Assembly (NCBI GenBank): GCA_963718565.1
Contig: OY970364.1
Location: 1,568,001 to 1,632,000 of the forward strand
DNA from: an uncultured Verrucomicrobiae bacterium
GTDB lineage: Bacteria > Chlamydiota > Chlamydiia > Chlamydiales > Rhabdochlamydiaceae
Reading direction: 5' to 3'
Length of the DNA: 64,000 nt
Shown: in pieces, positions 29,704-41,596 of the stretch
How the letters are laid out: each line of letters starts with the position of its first letter
Position numbering within the stretch: position 1 is the stretch's first letter
The notes under the pieces: generated by a model
Told to the model about the DNA's origin: nothing
Seen by the model: the letters and a program-made list of their open reading frames with translations, nothing else
Database searches by the model: none
Program-made: the position numbers and the translations under genes

Positions 29704-30330
29704 ATGTTTCCTGATAAGCGAATCGCTATCATTTGCAATGCACCCATTGAGGATGCTGCACAGGTTAAAGAGAAAATTAAAAGTTTTCCTATCCTCATCG
29801 CCGTTGATGGGGGCATTAATCATTGCTACAAATTGGGGATTCGGCCTGATTTGATTGTCGGTGATTTTGATTCGGCCGATCCTACATTCTTGAAGGATTT
29901 CAACGGCATTCCAGAAAAAAGATATCCGAAAGATAAAGACAAAACTGACTTAGAGATTGCCCTAGAATTAATTGATCATGCCAATATAGAAGCAATTTCA
30001 ATCTTCGGTGCGCTTGGCGGAAGGACCGACCATACTTTAGGCAATCTGATTCTTCTTTCTCGCTACCCTGGAAAAGTTTTTCTTGAGACAGACAAGGAAA
30101 GGCTATTTGTAATCAACCATCAGGTGGAAATTGCGACTTATCCCCATCAATTGATCTCCTTGATTCCCTTGAACGGACCGGTGACTGGAATTGATACGAA
30201 AAACCTGAAATGGGAACTTAAAAATGGGACACTCGATAAACAATTTATCGGCATTTGCAATGAGGCACTAGGCCAAGTGGTCACGATTTCTGTAAAGGAA
30301 GGCGACCTTCTCTGTTGTGTTAACACCTGA
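29704..30330 (+). CDS. thiN: Thiamine pyrophosphokinase
   Basis: IAVDGG, IVGDFDS, DKDKTDLEIAL, GALGGRTDH; true start at 29704 (the longer ORF overlaps the tRNA). Confidence 0.92.
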   Translation: MFPDKRIAIICNAPIEDAAQVKEKIKSFPILIAVDGGINHCYKLGIRPDLIVGDFDSADPTFLKDFNGIPEKRYPKDKDKTDLEIALELIDHANIEAISIFGALGGRTDHTLGNLILLSRYPGKVFLETDKERLFVINHQVEIATYPHQLISLIPLNGPVTGIDTKNLKWELKNGTLDKQFIGICNEALGQVVTISVKEGDLLCCVNT

Positions 30331-30338
30331 GTTCTTAA

Positions 30339-30502
30339 CCTGAGTTTTGGGTTCATTTTATAGTAGATTGCCGTAGATTTCGAGGCGATTTTTGCAAATT
30401 TTGGCGCGGTCAATAGCTGGAGGCACCTATGGACGCACCAAAATTTGCGAAAAGCGCCCGAAAGGTATGGCAAGATACTATGAAATGAACCCAAAACTCA
30501 GG
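30339..30502. mobile_element. 164-bp palindromic MITE, copy 1
   Basis: CCTGAGTTTTGGG...CCCAAAACTCAGG termini; 7-bp direct repeat TTCTTAA (30332-30338, 30503-30509). Confidence 0.85.
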
Positions 30503-30505
30503 TTC

Positions 30506-31177
30506 TTAAGGAGGAATCCCCCGCGCACCCTTTTCATACCATGAACGCAGCGCGCGGATCGATGCAGCAAGTTTTACTGTTAGTGCAGTTTGCGCTTCTC
30601 TTTTTTCCAAATGAGCAAATTGCTCCCACAAAATGGGACTACCAAAAACACAGGCCGTCTTTCCCCATAATCTTGGAAATTTTCTTTTGCGATTCCAAAT
30701 CTTAAACGTCCCATGAACATAAGCAGGTACGACTGCGGTTTTTGAACGAGACACCAACATTGCAATTCCAGGCTTCAATACGCCCAGCTCATCTTTCCAC
30801 CCCCTTGTTCCTTCGGGGAAAAGAATGATCTTTTTACCTTCATTAAGAAGAGAACAGATCAGTTTAAACACGACAACATCACCCGCGTCTCCGCTCACCG
30901 GATGGGAATTGAGCTTGCGAATAAGCCATCCAAAGACAGCATTTTTGAACAGGCCTTCTCGAGCTAAAAAATGCACCTCTTCCGGCCAGGAAATGGCTAA
31001 GATCGGCGGATCAAGATTAGAAGAATGATTGGAGGCGATAATGGCAGCTTTGCCATAAAAATGCTCTAAACCATAGACTTTATGCCGATAAAAGATTTTA
31101 AAAAAGCACCACGCAAAAAAAAGGACCGCCCGGTAGAGATATGTCATGGGGATTTTGCGCGCCCAAGCAGGATTCAT
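30506..31177 (-). CDS. plsC: 1-acyl-sn-glycerol-3-phosphate acyltransferase
   Basis: NHSSNLD and FPEGTR motifs. Confidence 0.93.
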   Translation of the reverse strand: MNPAWARKIPMTYLYRAVLFFAWCFFKIFYRHKVYGLEHFYGKAAIIASNHSSNLDPPILAISWPEEVHFLAREGLFKNAVFGWLIRKLNSHPVSGDAGDVVVFKLICSLLNEGKKIILFPEGTRGWKDELGVLKPGIAMLVSRSKTAVVPAYVHGTFKIWNRKRKFPRLWGKTACVFGSPILWEQFAHLEKREAQTALTVKLAASIRALRSWYEKGARGIPP

Positions 31178-31180
31178 AAT

Positions 31181-31861
31181 TTACTTTTTTTGAAATCGAA
31201 TTTGAAAGTATTTTACGATCTGATCGACTACTTGGTCAATGGAAAGATGGCTGGTATCGATGCGCAAAGCATCTGGAGGACAGCGCAAAGGGGCGATTTC
31301 CCGAGTAGAATCATGCTCATCGCGCTGCAGGATGTCAGCGAGCATCTGTTCTCGATTGAGAATTCTGGCCTCCTCAGGTCGCTTCTCAAGAATTTCAGTA
31401 AGTCTTCTTTCTGCTCGAATCTCAGGATCTGCTGTAAGAAATATTTTTAATTCGGCATTGGGAAAAACAACAGTGCCCAAATCTCTCCCTTCAAAAACAA
31501 CATTTTTCTCTTTGGCAAACCGATGTTGAATGATCAGCAAATGGGTTCGGACTTCTCGTAGCGCAGAGACCGCGGATACGTGCGCCGTTACTGGACGAGA
31601 TCGAATCACTTCTGTCACATTCTGGTCGCCGACAAAATAGTGCTTCACGCCATTGTTTTCGACGATATTAAAAGCGAATTTTCTCAAAAGATCTTCAATC
31701 GCAGAAGAGTCCTGGATGGAGGTATTGTGCTCTAAAACAAACCATGTGAAACAACGGTACATGGCTCCGGTGTCGAAGTAAACAAAATGAAGTTGATCTG
31801 CAACTCGACGAGCAACTGTAGTTTTGCCTGTTCCGGAAGGGCCATCAATAGTAATAATCAT
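31181..31861 (-). CDS. cmk: Cytidylate kinase
   Basis: IDGPSGTGKTT, DTGAMYR, EGRDLGTVVFP. Confidence 0.97.
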   Translation of the reverse strand: MIITIDGPSGTGKTTVARRVADQLHFVYFDTGAMYRCFTWFVLEHNTSIQDSSAIEDLLRKFAFNIVENNGVKHYFVGDQNVTEVIRSRPVTAHVSAVSALREVRTHLLIIQHRFAKEKNVVFEGRDLGTVVFPNAELKIFLTADPEIRAERRLTEILEKRPEEARILNREQMLADILQRDEHDSTREIAPLRCPPDALRIDTSHLSIDQVVDQIVKYFQIRFQKK

Positions 31862-31870
31862 AAGTGTCTG

Positions 31871-32740
31871 TTAATGCATTCGGATGAAAAAATAGACAAT
31901 CGGTGTTGTGAATAAAAGAGAGTCCACCATATCTAAAACGCCACCGAGCCCTGGAAGCGTATTGCTATCTTTGACAACAGCATCGCGTTTAAGAAGTGAT
32001 TCCGCAAGATCACCAATCTGTCCAAAGACTCCAATCAACATCCCCAACCAAATAGATTCCGTCAAAGATAAACTAAAATGGCCATCGAAAAATTGCCTTC
32101 CTGCACAATGAATCAAGACACTAGCAATGACAGCAGAACCAAAACCTGCAATAGCTCCTTCAACGGTTTTCTTGGGGCTTAGTGTAGGGGACAATTTCGT
32201 TTTTCCCCACAGCCTTCCCACAAAATATGCACTGACATCTGTAATCTTGGTGACTAAGATTAAATAGACGAGCCACCAACGCCCTTCTTGAGGCATCCCA
32301 TGGTGAGGAATAGGATACAGAACCCCTAACATTAGCCCCAAAGGAGCTGCAACATAGACAACACCAAAAAATTCTACAGCAATCGTTAATAAAGCATCGG
32401 TAGTATCTTTAAAATGCAATAGAAAAAATATCACCATTGCAATCACAAGAACTAAAATCGGAAGCTGCGGAAAGTCTACAAAGACAAGAGATGCGTAGAG
32501 AGCAACGACCTCCCCAATCGCTGCTGCGACCATCCAACGCTTTGCCGGTTCGACACCTTTATTGGTTGCGAGTCGAGCATATTCCCAAATGCCAATTGCA
32601 GCAAGAGCGGCAACGGAAAGCATCAATAAGACGCTGACAGAAGTATTCGTAGAAAAAGCGATTAAACATGTGACAATCACACCTAAAATACTCGAGACTA
32701 CCAAGCGGCGATTTAAATCCGCCATCTGCTTTAATTTCAT
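31871..32740 (-). CDS. cdsA: Phosphatidate cytidylyltransferase
   Basis: SPKKTVEG, GDLAESLLKRDAVVKDS..LPGLGGVLD. Confidence 0.95.
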   Translation of the reverse strand: MKLKQMADLNRRLVVSSILGVIVTCLIAFSTNTSVSVLLMLSVAALAAIGIWEYARLATNKGVEPAKRWMVAAAIGEVVALYASLVFVDFPQLPILVLVIAMVIFFLLHFKDTTDALLTIAVEFFGVVYVAAPLGLMLGVLYPIPHHGMPQEGRWWLVYLILVTKITDVSAYFVGRLWGKTKLSPTLSPKKTVEGAIAGFGSAVIASVLIHCAGRQFFDGHFSLSLTESIWLGMLIGVFGQIGDLAESLLKRDAVVKDSNTLPGLGGVLDMVDSLLFTTPIVYFFIRMH

Positions 32741-32787
32741 TCGTCAATCTCGGGATTCAAAATGTTGACTTTTGAAAATTGGCATCA

Positions 32788-33567
32788 TTATCCACCTAAA
32801 CGTCGTTGTCGTTGTTGAATGCTGCATATTGCTTGAAGCAAAGAATGTTCATTAAAATCTGGCCACAAGATGTCCGTCAGATAAAATTCACTATAACAAA
32901 GTTGCCAGAGCAAAAAATTACTCTGTCGATTTTCACCACTGGTTCGAATGAGGAGCTCTGGATCGGGCCATTGGGCCGTATCGAGATATTGGCCAATCAG
33001 TTGCTCTGAAACCTGCTCCTTTGACAATTTCCCTTCTTCAAAATCTGCGATCATAGCTACAAATGCGCGACGAATATCATCCCGACCACCATAGTTGATC
33101 GCCAAAACCAAATCAATCTTTTTACAATGGGCCGTACAAGCTTTTGAAAATTCTAATTCATTTAAAACCGAAGAAGGGAGACGTTTTAAATCTCCGATGG
33201 CTTGCAAACGCACGCCTTCTTTGACCATCGCCGCTCGTTCTTTAAGAAAATAAATTCTAAAGAGATGCATTAAGCCATCAACTTCTTCCCTGGCTCGATT
33301 CCAATTTTCTGTAGAAAATGAAAACACAGTAAGAGTTTTCACGCCTAATTCAGAAGCAGCTCTTACGATCTTCGTTAGAGTTTCAGCCCCTTTCCAGTGT
33401 CCCATGATCGCAGGGAGCCCTTGCTTTTTGGCCCACCTTCGGTTGCCATCCATAATGATGGCAACATGCTTAGGAATCTTATCTGAGTCTAAAAAAGCGA
33501 GGTCTTCCTGAGAATAAATGGATTGCTTTTCTTCCTGAAGAGAGTCTTCAATAATCAAAGAATTCAT
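32788..33567 (-). CDS. uppS: Undecaprenyl diphosphate synthase
   Basis: HVAIIMDGNRRWA, FSTENW, IRTSGE.R.SNFLLWQ. Confidence 0.97.
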   Translation of the reverse strand: MNSLIIEDSLQEEKQSIYSQEDLAFLDSDKIPKHVAIIMDGNRRWAKKQGLPAIMGHWKGAETLTKIVRAASELGVKTLTVFSFSTENWNRAREEVDGLMHLFRIYFLKERAAMVKEGVRLQAIGDLKRLPSSVLNELEFSKACTAHCKKIDLVLAINYGGRDDIRRAFVAMIADFEEGKLSKEQVSEQLIGQYLDTAQWPDPELLIRTSGENRQSNFLLWQLCYSEFYLTDILWPDFNEHSLLQAICSIQQRQRRLGG

Positions 33568-33571
33568 AGCT

Positions 33572-34876
<1,305 letters not shown>

Positions 34877-34983
34877 CTATATCTAAAGTTTTAAAGCCCG
34901 TATAATAATTAAGAATCAGCGACTAGCATAACGGATAGTCGATTTGAATGGGTATTTTTTTCTTAGATGAGGAGCAAGCTACT

Positions 34984-35041
34984 GAGGGAATTGCAAAACT
35001 AACAAAACGGGGTGATTTTCCGAGGGAAATTATTTAGCTAA
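34984..35041 (+). repeat. Left arm of a GAGGGAATTGC-family palindromic element, truncated
   Basis: Near-identical to 56273..56330. Confidence 0.85.
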
Positions 35042-35207
35042 GTTGATGCTTTTCACCAGTATCATCTGTGATGCACGCACTATACTACCATCGGGAGATT
35101 GCCAGACCTCGAGCTTGTAGGTTATGTCCTTAGGCACAGTCTCTAGTTCTTGAACGACATAGGTCTGGTAGCCCTTAAAGCGAGATCCTTGGTTTTTGAG
35201 GACGTAC
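35042..35207 (-). pseudogene. IS66-related remnant, copy D (one terminus plus fused transposase fragments)
   Basis: Ends GGTTTTTGAGGACGTAC like copies A-C; minus strand reads GSRFKGYQTYVVQELETVPKDITYKLEVWQSPDGSIVRA and, in another frame, TDDTGEKHQ. Confidence 0.7.
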
Positions 35208-35309
35208 TAATTTCCTATACCCTGCCTCGAATCACTTTCGGTATAGACAGAATCAAAAGAGATACGTATCCTTAGTCTATTAAAATTCTTTTAGAATGTG
35301 GACACAAAC

Positions 35310-38300
35310 ATGGAAAAGCAAAAGAAATGGCAGCTTTATTTGATCATCGCTGTCATTGTGTTGACTATCTACAATATCTTACCCACAGTTTTTTATTACT
35401 CCAAACCTCTCAAATCACCTATTGATGCCAAGCGCTCCAATACAATTTCTGAGCAGATTGTCACGCGTGTCAATACATTAGAACCGCAAGCAAAGGATTG
35501 GCTCGATTCTTTCTGTAACCTACTCAAGGTAAAACCACTTTCTATCACTACTAATTCCGAGCAGCCAGAATTTGTAAATATCGCATTTAAAAATATCGAG
35601 GATGCGAATAAATTCCGCCAATTTCTTCCAAGGGCCGGAGCTTTAATCCCTTTTGTCCCAGCGCAGCTCACGCTCTACGATCCCGATGATACGACGACAA
35701 AAAATGTCCTTGTCCAGCGCCGTGTCCCTATTCATTTCGATACGAAACAACTCAGCAACTACACGGAATTCTCTGAAAAATTTGATACGAAGAATGACCC
35801 GACTCCTCTTTTTCGCGCTTTGATTGAAGACCGAGCTATGCAGGTCGGCATCGCTTTTGCCGGAACTCCAGAAAATGCTTTGCTCGTCCAGGCGCTCTCT
35901 AACAAACTCGACGAGCAGCAATCCCAAGAAATCATCATTCCGCTTGCCCAAAACATTGTTTCCTTTACAAAAGTCTTTGGTGAAAATTCGACCATCGCCT
36001 CACGCTATTTCTCCTCATTTACCCAAATAGATGTATCCGACCGCTCGAAATTAGTGCAAAATTTCATCAGCGCCCTAGACAATCTCAAAGAAAAAATCAA
36101 GATTGAGAAAGGCACCCTCCGAGAAGAAAACGAAAAACTCAAAGCGCAAGGACAATATCTAGAAACCGTCAAGCAACAACAGCTTGAGCTCCTCACATCG
36201 CGTGAGAAAGTCCTCGGCCTAGCTTCCGCTATTGTCAAACGAAATACTCGAGCTTTTGCTGCCGGACGAACGCCGTTTACTTTTGCTGCTTTAGCTGCAG
36301 CATTGCAAAGCAAGTCGAGTGATAAAGTTCAAACGATTCCTTTCGAAGGAAGCAATCCCTTCATTGAAAAACTTTCGATCGATTGGAGCAATGAAACCAT
36401 CTATTTGGCTTTATATTCCGATATTGCAGAGTTTAGACAAAAGCTCGACCTCAGCACAAAGCAATTGCATCTTCGGGATCAAGCAGACCAACTCCTTTAC
36501 GATGAAATCGCAATGGCCTCCCGCCAAACTGGTGAAGAGATTACGCCTTTTCAAAATCAATTTGAAATTAGATTGAGTCATTTAAATAATAGTAAGAGCT
36601 TTTTGGCGATGAGCTTAAGCAGCATTGCTGTTGCAGAATGTCAGCAACTTCGCGAAACTCTCACGACAACCTGGCATCCCCAGCATCCCGACTTGAGTCC
36701 GGCCTCATTCCCGATCTACGATTATGAGACATATCTAAAACTCCCTGCTTCGGAGCAGAACTTTGGACTTGTGATCTACGCTCCTGTCTTGCAAAAAAAA
36801 GTTCCTCAAGGTTTTCGCATGAACTCGATTTATGTGATTGCCAAAGGCATGGACAAATTTCTTCAACGTTTGTCGAGCGAAACACAGTCGGAACAGACGA
36901 CACAATTCATCCAAGACTTTAATCATCTCCGTGAGATCTTGCAGCGCAATGGCTTTGTCGGGTATTCCGGCGCTACCTATGCAATCAACTCTGAATTTTC
37001 ACAAGATTTCATCTTCGAAGGAGAGGATTACTACCAAACTGTCCTGAAAGCAACCCGTGAAGATTTCGCCGTTCATGGAACGAAACGCTATGCCGTTTTG
37101 GAATATACAGATATCGAACAACGGATTTTGACAGAGAACAAAATTGATAATCACATCCACGAGGACCTGCTCAAATGGCGCGACGACTATTATGCTGCTA
37201 AATTGAACATTCGCGGCGTTTCAAAATTTGATGTGCCAAAGCCAACTAAAAATGTCTTCTGGGACAATTTTAAATTGAGCACTGTGAAATACTTCCGCGG
37301 CGATGATCGCAAAGTCCTCCACTGGGGATTAGATCTCTCTGGGGGCAAGACAGTTCAGATCGAATTGCGCGATAGCAATCATCGACTCGTTACCGATGTT
37401 GACGATATTAAGCAAGGAATCAACGAGCTTTATAGCCGCGTCAACAAGATGGGAGTATCGGAGGTCAACATCCGGCAAGAAGGGAATTTCATCACTCTCG
37501 ATTTTCCAGGCTCGCAAGGCCTTTCCGCTGCAGAACTTGTCAAAGCATCTTCGATGTATTTTCATATCGTGAATGAGAAGTTTGGGCCGAATAACCCACA
37601 GCTCGCGGATGCCTCCAACCGCTTTTTGCAAGAAATTTGGAACGAGGCTGTCGTGACAAACCGCAAGAGCATCGATGACATCAACGCAATCGCTTGGAAA
37701 CACCTCTATGGAGATTCTCTAGACCCCGACGTGATCCAGCCTCGCAGCGAATCCGCTCGCATCCTCTACGAAAATGGCATGAAGCTTGCTAACCCGCAGG
37801 AATCGACCGTCACTAGCGTCTTTGACGAAACTTATTCTAAGATTGCAACGTTCCGCAGCGGTGACTTTACGGATTGGCAAGGACAAACCCATCCCCTGCT
37901 CATCGTTTTCCGCAACTTTGCTTGCGAAGGTTCAAACCTCGAAAACATTCAAGCATCTTATGATCCCTCCAAGGGAAATTATCTCGCCTTTGCGGTCAAA
38001 GGAGGTTACACAAATAAGGAAGGGTTGAAAATCAATCCGCGCGATGACCTTTATGCCTGGACATCGCAGTTCGCAAAGGAAAAAATTTCAGGAACACCCG
38101 TCGAAGCTTATTCCAACGGTCGTGGTTGGAGGATGGCCGTGATTCTAAATGATTCGGTCATTAGTGCGCCTACACTGGATTCCGCTTTGAGGGACAGTGC
38201 GATGATCAGCGGCAGCTTTACGCAAAGAGAGATCAATCAACTCGAGGCTGATTTGAAAGCTGGATCATTGAGCTTTACACCCCATATTCTTTCTGAGAAA

Positions 38301-39866
38301 AACGTCAGCCCTGAATTGGGGTCCAAAGAGCGTTTCATTGGAGTTTTGGCAACTATCCTTTCTTTGTCATTTGTCATAGCAACCATGGTCAGCTACTACC
38401 GTTTTGGCGGACTTGTTGCCTCTATTGCTGTGATGTTCAATCTCTTCTTAATGTGGGCAACTCTGCAAAATTTGCAAGCGACGATGACACTCGCAGGAAT
38501 TGCAGGAATTATCCTGACGCTCGGCATGGCAGTCGATGCCAATGTGCTTGTCTTTGAAAGAATCCGCGAAGAATTTGCCGTTAGCGGACGCATCGCCTCT
38601 GCAGTGCATACAGGATACCGCAAAGCATTTTCTGCCATCCTCGATTCCAACGTGACGACAATTATAGCGGCACTTGTTCTGTTGCATTTCGACTCAGGAC
38701 CCATCAAGCAATTTGCTATCATGCTGATCATCGGAATTATCTCATCGATGTTTACAGCTCTGTTCATGACGCGCTTTTTCTTTGCCGGGTGGGTGCAAAA
38801 TCCAAACCACAAGAGCCTCTCGATGCTCAATTGGTTTAAAGCAAGGAGCTACAACTTCCTGAAACACACGAAAAAAACAGTCGTTTTCTCTGTAGTCATT
38901 ATCCTCATTGGAATCTTTACCTTAATCGCCCAGCGCCATTCCATTTTTGGAATGGATTTTAGTGGCGGTTATGCACTCAATGTGGAATTGCAAGTGCAGG
39001 CAGAAAAAATCAATTACCGTAGTGCTGTTGAAGGAGCATTGATGAAAGCGGGCGCCTCGCAACAAGAATTTCAAGTTCGCGAATTGACGCCTTCTAACCA
39101 TGTGCGGATCTTCCTCAGCCGAAGTTTACAACAGAGCGGCCATCCATTTTTTGGAATGCCCATTGAAAATGACTTAAAAGAACCTGTTTATCCCTTCGAA
39201 ACAAACCCAAAAATTGTTTGGGTTGTCCAAGCTTTAAACAAGTCTGAACTTAAGATCCCCTCATCTTCTTTGCAAAATTTAAGTAAAAATTGGACGGATG
39301 TCAGTGGGCAAATATCGGACACGATGCGTAATAACGCAATCATTGGCTTGAGCCTTGCATTGCTGTGCATTTTGCTCTATATCACGATTAGATTTGAATT
39401 CAAATATGCGATCAGCGCGACGCTATGTCTTGCGCATGATGTCGTGTTCACAATCGGAACTCTTGCAATTTTGCACGCCTTGGGAGTAAGCATTCAGATC
39501 GATCTCAACACCGTTGCTGCGCTTATGACAATCGTAGGATACTCTCTTAACGACACGATTATTGTCTTCGATCGTATCCGTGAAGATGTACGCCTGATGC
39601 GAAAATCGAGTTTCTCCGAAATCATCAATCATGCATTAAACGTCACATTAAGCCGCACCATGATGACTTCGGGAACCACCCTCCTAGTGCTTATTCCACT
39701 AATCCTTCTTGGCGGCACTACTCTCTTTGGCTTTTCGCTTGTCATGGCCATCGGGGTCATTTTTGGCACACTCTCATCGTTATTCATCGCCGCACCTTTG
39801 ATGAAATACTTCCATGATCGAGAATTGCAAAAAGAAAATAAAATGGTGCTCAAGGACATGACATGA
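35310..39866 (+). CDS. secD: Fused SecD/SecF protein translocase subunit
   Basis: GLDLSGG, GMAVDANVLVFERIREE, GMDFSGG, GYSLNDTIIVFDRIRE; large periplasmic insert as in Chlamydiae. Confidence 0.95.
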   Translation: MEKQKKWQLYLIIAVIVLTIYNILPTVFYYSKPLKSPIDAKRSNTISEQIVTRVNTLEPQAKDWLDSFCNLLKVKPLSITTNSEQPEFVNIAFKNIEDANKFRQFLPRAGALIPFVPAQLTLYDPDDTTTKNVLVQRRVPIHFDTKQLSNYTEFSEKFDTKNDPTPLFRALIEDRAMQVGIAFAGTPENALLVQALSNKLDEQQSQEIIIPLAQNIVSFTKVFGENSTIASRYFSSFTQIDVSDRSKLVQNFISALDNLKEKIKIEKGTLREENEKLKAQGQYLETVKQQQLELLTSREKVLGLASAIVKRNTRAFAAGRTPFTFAALAAALQSKSSDKVQTIPFEGSNPFIEKLSIDWSNETIYLALYSDIAEFRQKLDLSTKQLHLRDQADQLLYDEIAMASRQTGEEITPFQNQFEIRLSHLNNSKSFLAMSLSSIAVAECQQLRETLTTTWHPQHPDLSPASFPIYDYETYLKLPASEQNFGLVIYAPVLQKKVPQGFRMNSIYVIAKGMDKFLQRLSSETQSEQTTQFIQDFNHLREILQRNGFVGYSGATYAINSEFSQDFIFEGEDYYQTVLKATREDFAVHGTKRYAVLEYTDIEQRILTENKIDNHIHEDLLKWRDDYYAAKLNIRGVSKFDVPKPTKNVFWDNFKLSTVKYFRGDDRKVLHWGLDLSGGKTVQIELRDSNHRLVTDVDDIKQGINELYSRVNKMGVSEVNIRQEGNFITLDFPGSQGLSAAELVKASSMYFHIVNEKFGPNNPQLADASNRFLQEIWNEAVVTNRKSIDDINAIAWKHLYGDSLDPDVIQPRSESARILYENGMKLANPQESTVTSVFDETYSKIATFRSGDFTDWQGQTHPLLIVFRNFACEGSNLENIQASYDPSKGNYLAFAVKGGYTNKEGLKINPRDDLYAWTSQFAKEKISGTPVEAYSNGRGWRMAVILNDSVISAPTLDSALRDSAMISGSFTQREINQLEADLKAGSLSFTPHILSEKNVSPELGSKERFIGVLATILSLSFVIATMVSYYRFGGLVASIAVMFNLFLMWATLQNLQATMTLAGIAGIILTLGMAVDANVLVFERIREEFAVSGRIASAVHTGYRKAFSAILDSNVTTIIAALVLLHFDSGPIKQFAIMLIIGIISSMFTALFMTRFFFAGWVQNPNHKSLSMLNWFKARSYNFLKHTKKTVVFSVVIILIGIFTLIAQRHSIFGMDFSGGYALNVELQVQAEKINYRSAVEGALMKAGASQQEFQVRELTPSNHVRIFLSRSLQQSGHPFFGMPIENDLKEPVYPFETNPKIVWVVQALNKSELKIPSSSLQNLSKNWTDVSGQISDTMRNNAIIGLSLALLCILLYITIRFEFKYAISATLCLAHDVVFTIGTLAILHALGVSIQIDLNTVAALMTIVGYSLNDTIIVFDRIREDVRLMRKSSFSEIINHALNVTLSRTMMTSGTTLLVLIPLILLGGTTLFGFSLVMAIGVIFGTLSSLFIAAPLMKYFHDRELQKENKMVLKDMT

Positions 39867-41596
39867 TATTAAGTCAAAATGATCCCATCTGGATTTATCC
39901 TCAAGTCGATCCAGAATGGCACAAAATGATCATCAAAGAATTTAATATCCATCCTGTAACAGCTCACATTCTTGCTTCACGAGGTTTTAAATCTTTGGAA
40001 GACATTCATGATTATCTCTATGCGAAACTTCCCAATTTGCTCGATCCCCAGTTATTTCCCGACATGGACAAAGCTGTGAATCGAATTTTAGAGGCACTCA
40101 AACTTAGAGAGCACATTCTCATCTATGGAGACAATGATGTCGATGGGATTACAGCTGCTGCCCTGCTCACTGAATTCTTGCGATTTATTGGAGCAAATGT
40201 CTTCTTCTATGTTCCAAATCGCAATACATTAAAACAGAGTGTCATCCTCGATGCTTTGGAATACGCAGTCGCAAATGAATGCAAGCTGATCATCACCGTT
40301 GATTGCGGGATCACTTCAGCTGCCGAAATCGAAGAAGCCGTGCAGCGCCATATCGATGTGATCGTTACCGATCATCATGAACCGACAGCAAAAATTCCGC
40401 ATTGCATCGCGACATTAAATCCAAAACTGTTTAATAGCACCTATCCCAATCGCAATTTAACTGGCGTCGGCGTCGCTTTCAAGCTCGCCCATGCGGTCAC
40501 GAACGCACTCATTTCAAATGGGTCTATCAGCGCTTCTAAAGTTGATCTTAAACGCTACCTCGATCTTGTTGCGCTTGGAACAATTGCAGATATGGGTTCC
40601 CTCCTCGGCGAAAATCGCATCCTCGTACGCTATGGATTGCGTCAATTGCGTAAAACAAAGCGGATCGGGCTTGCAAAACTCTTTACAGTCTGTGACCTTA
40701 AATTGGGAGAAATTACTCCCATTGACGTCGCCTCCAAGGTGGCCCCCCGTTTGAACAGCTTAGGGCGTATTGCGGATCCTCGAAAAGGGGTTGAACTTCT
40801 TTTAATCCGCGATCCTGTCGCTGCTGAGGCTTTGGCTAAGGAATTGGATTTAAACAATATTGAACGCCAAAAAATTGAAAGGCGTGATTCAGAGGACGTG
40901 GAAGATTTGATCTTAAAAAACCCTCAAATCCTCAGCCACAAAGCCATCGTGCTCTACTCCGACAAATGGCATCCGGGGATTATTCCCATCATCACTGCGA
41001 GAATCGCTAAGCAGTATAACCGGCCTACTATCGTCATCTCTATTGATCAGGGCGTCGGCAAAGGCTCGATCCGCACCATTCATGAATTTCCTCTGCTCCA
41101 ACACTTGCGCGACAATGCAGACATTCTTGAAAATTTTGGCGGTCATGACTTTGCTGCAGGTTTGACTATTCGCGAAGAAAACATCAAAAAATTTCAAAAC
41201 AACTTCATCACTGCCGCTGATCAACAACTCAAAGATCACGATGTCATCGCTAAACTGCACCTTGATGCAAAGATCAATTTTGGCGATCTGACTTTTGACT
41301 TTATGGAATCTTTCAGTCTTCTTGAGCCTTTTGGCAATGAAAATCCAGCGCCGATTCTTTACTGCGATGCTAAACAGATTTGGCCGCCTAAAGTGGTTGG
41401 GAAAACGCATCTGAAGCTCTACCTTGAGCAGAATGACAGAATGCTTGAAGGAATCGCATTTGGCATGGCAGAAAAAAGGGAGCGCCTTTTAAAGAAAAGC
41501 TTAACGCTGCACATCGCTTTCACCCCGCATATTAACGTCTTTCTGAATAAATCGAGCATTCAATTACAAATCCGCGACTTTCAAATTGTCAGCTAA
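39863..41596 (+). CDS. recJ: ssDNA exonuclease RecJ
   Basis: YGDNDVDG, ITVDCG, TDHH, GTIADM, FGGH..AAG. Confidence 0.96.
   Translation: MILSQNDPIWIYPQVDPEWHKMIIKEFNIHPVTAHILASRGFKSLEDIHDYLYAKLPNLLDPQLFPDMDKAVNRILEALKLREHILIYGDNDVDGITAAALLTEFLRFIGANVFFYVPNRNTLKQSVILDALEYAVANECKLIITVDCGITSAAEIEEAVQRHIDVIVTDHHEPTAKIPHCIATLNPKLFNSTYPNRNLTGVGVAFKLAHAVTNALISNGSISASKVDLKRYLDLVALGTIADMGSLLGENRILVRYGLRQLRKTKRIGLAKLFTVCDLKLGEITPIDVASKVAPRLNSLGRIADPRKGVELLLIRDPVAAEALAKELDLNNIERQKIERRDSEDVEDLILKNPQILSHKAIVLYSDKWHPGIIPIITARIAKQYNRPTIVISIDQGVGKGSIRTIHEFPLLQHLRDNADILENFGGHDFAAGLTIREENIKKFQNNFITAADQQLKDHDVIAKLHLDAKINFGDLTFDFMESFSLLEPFGNENPAPILYCDAKQIWPPKVVGKTHLKLYLEQNDRMLEGIAFGMAEKRERLLKKSLTLHIAFTPHINVFLNKSSIQLQIRDFQIVS

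Noticed and set aside
30147..30494. Similar ORFs MGSFHS... here and at 52075..52266
   Set aside because: Both are translations of the 164-bp MITE, not a gene family
35310..39866. Unusually large SecDF fusion as a novelty
   Set aside because: A large fused SecDF is normal in Chlamydiae
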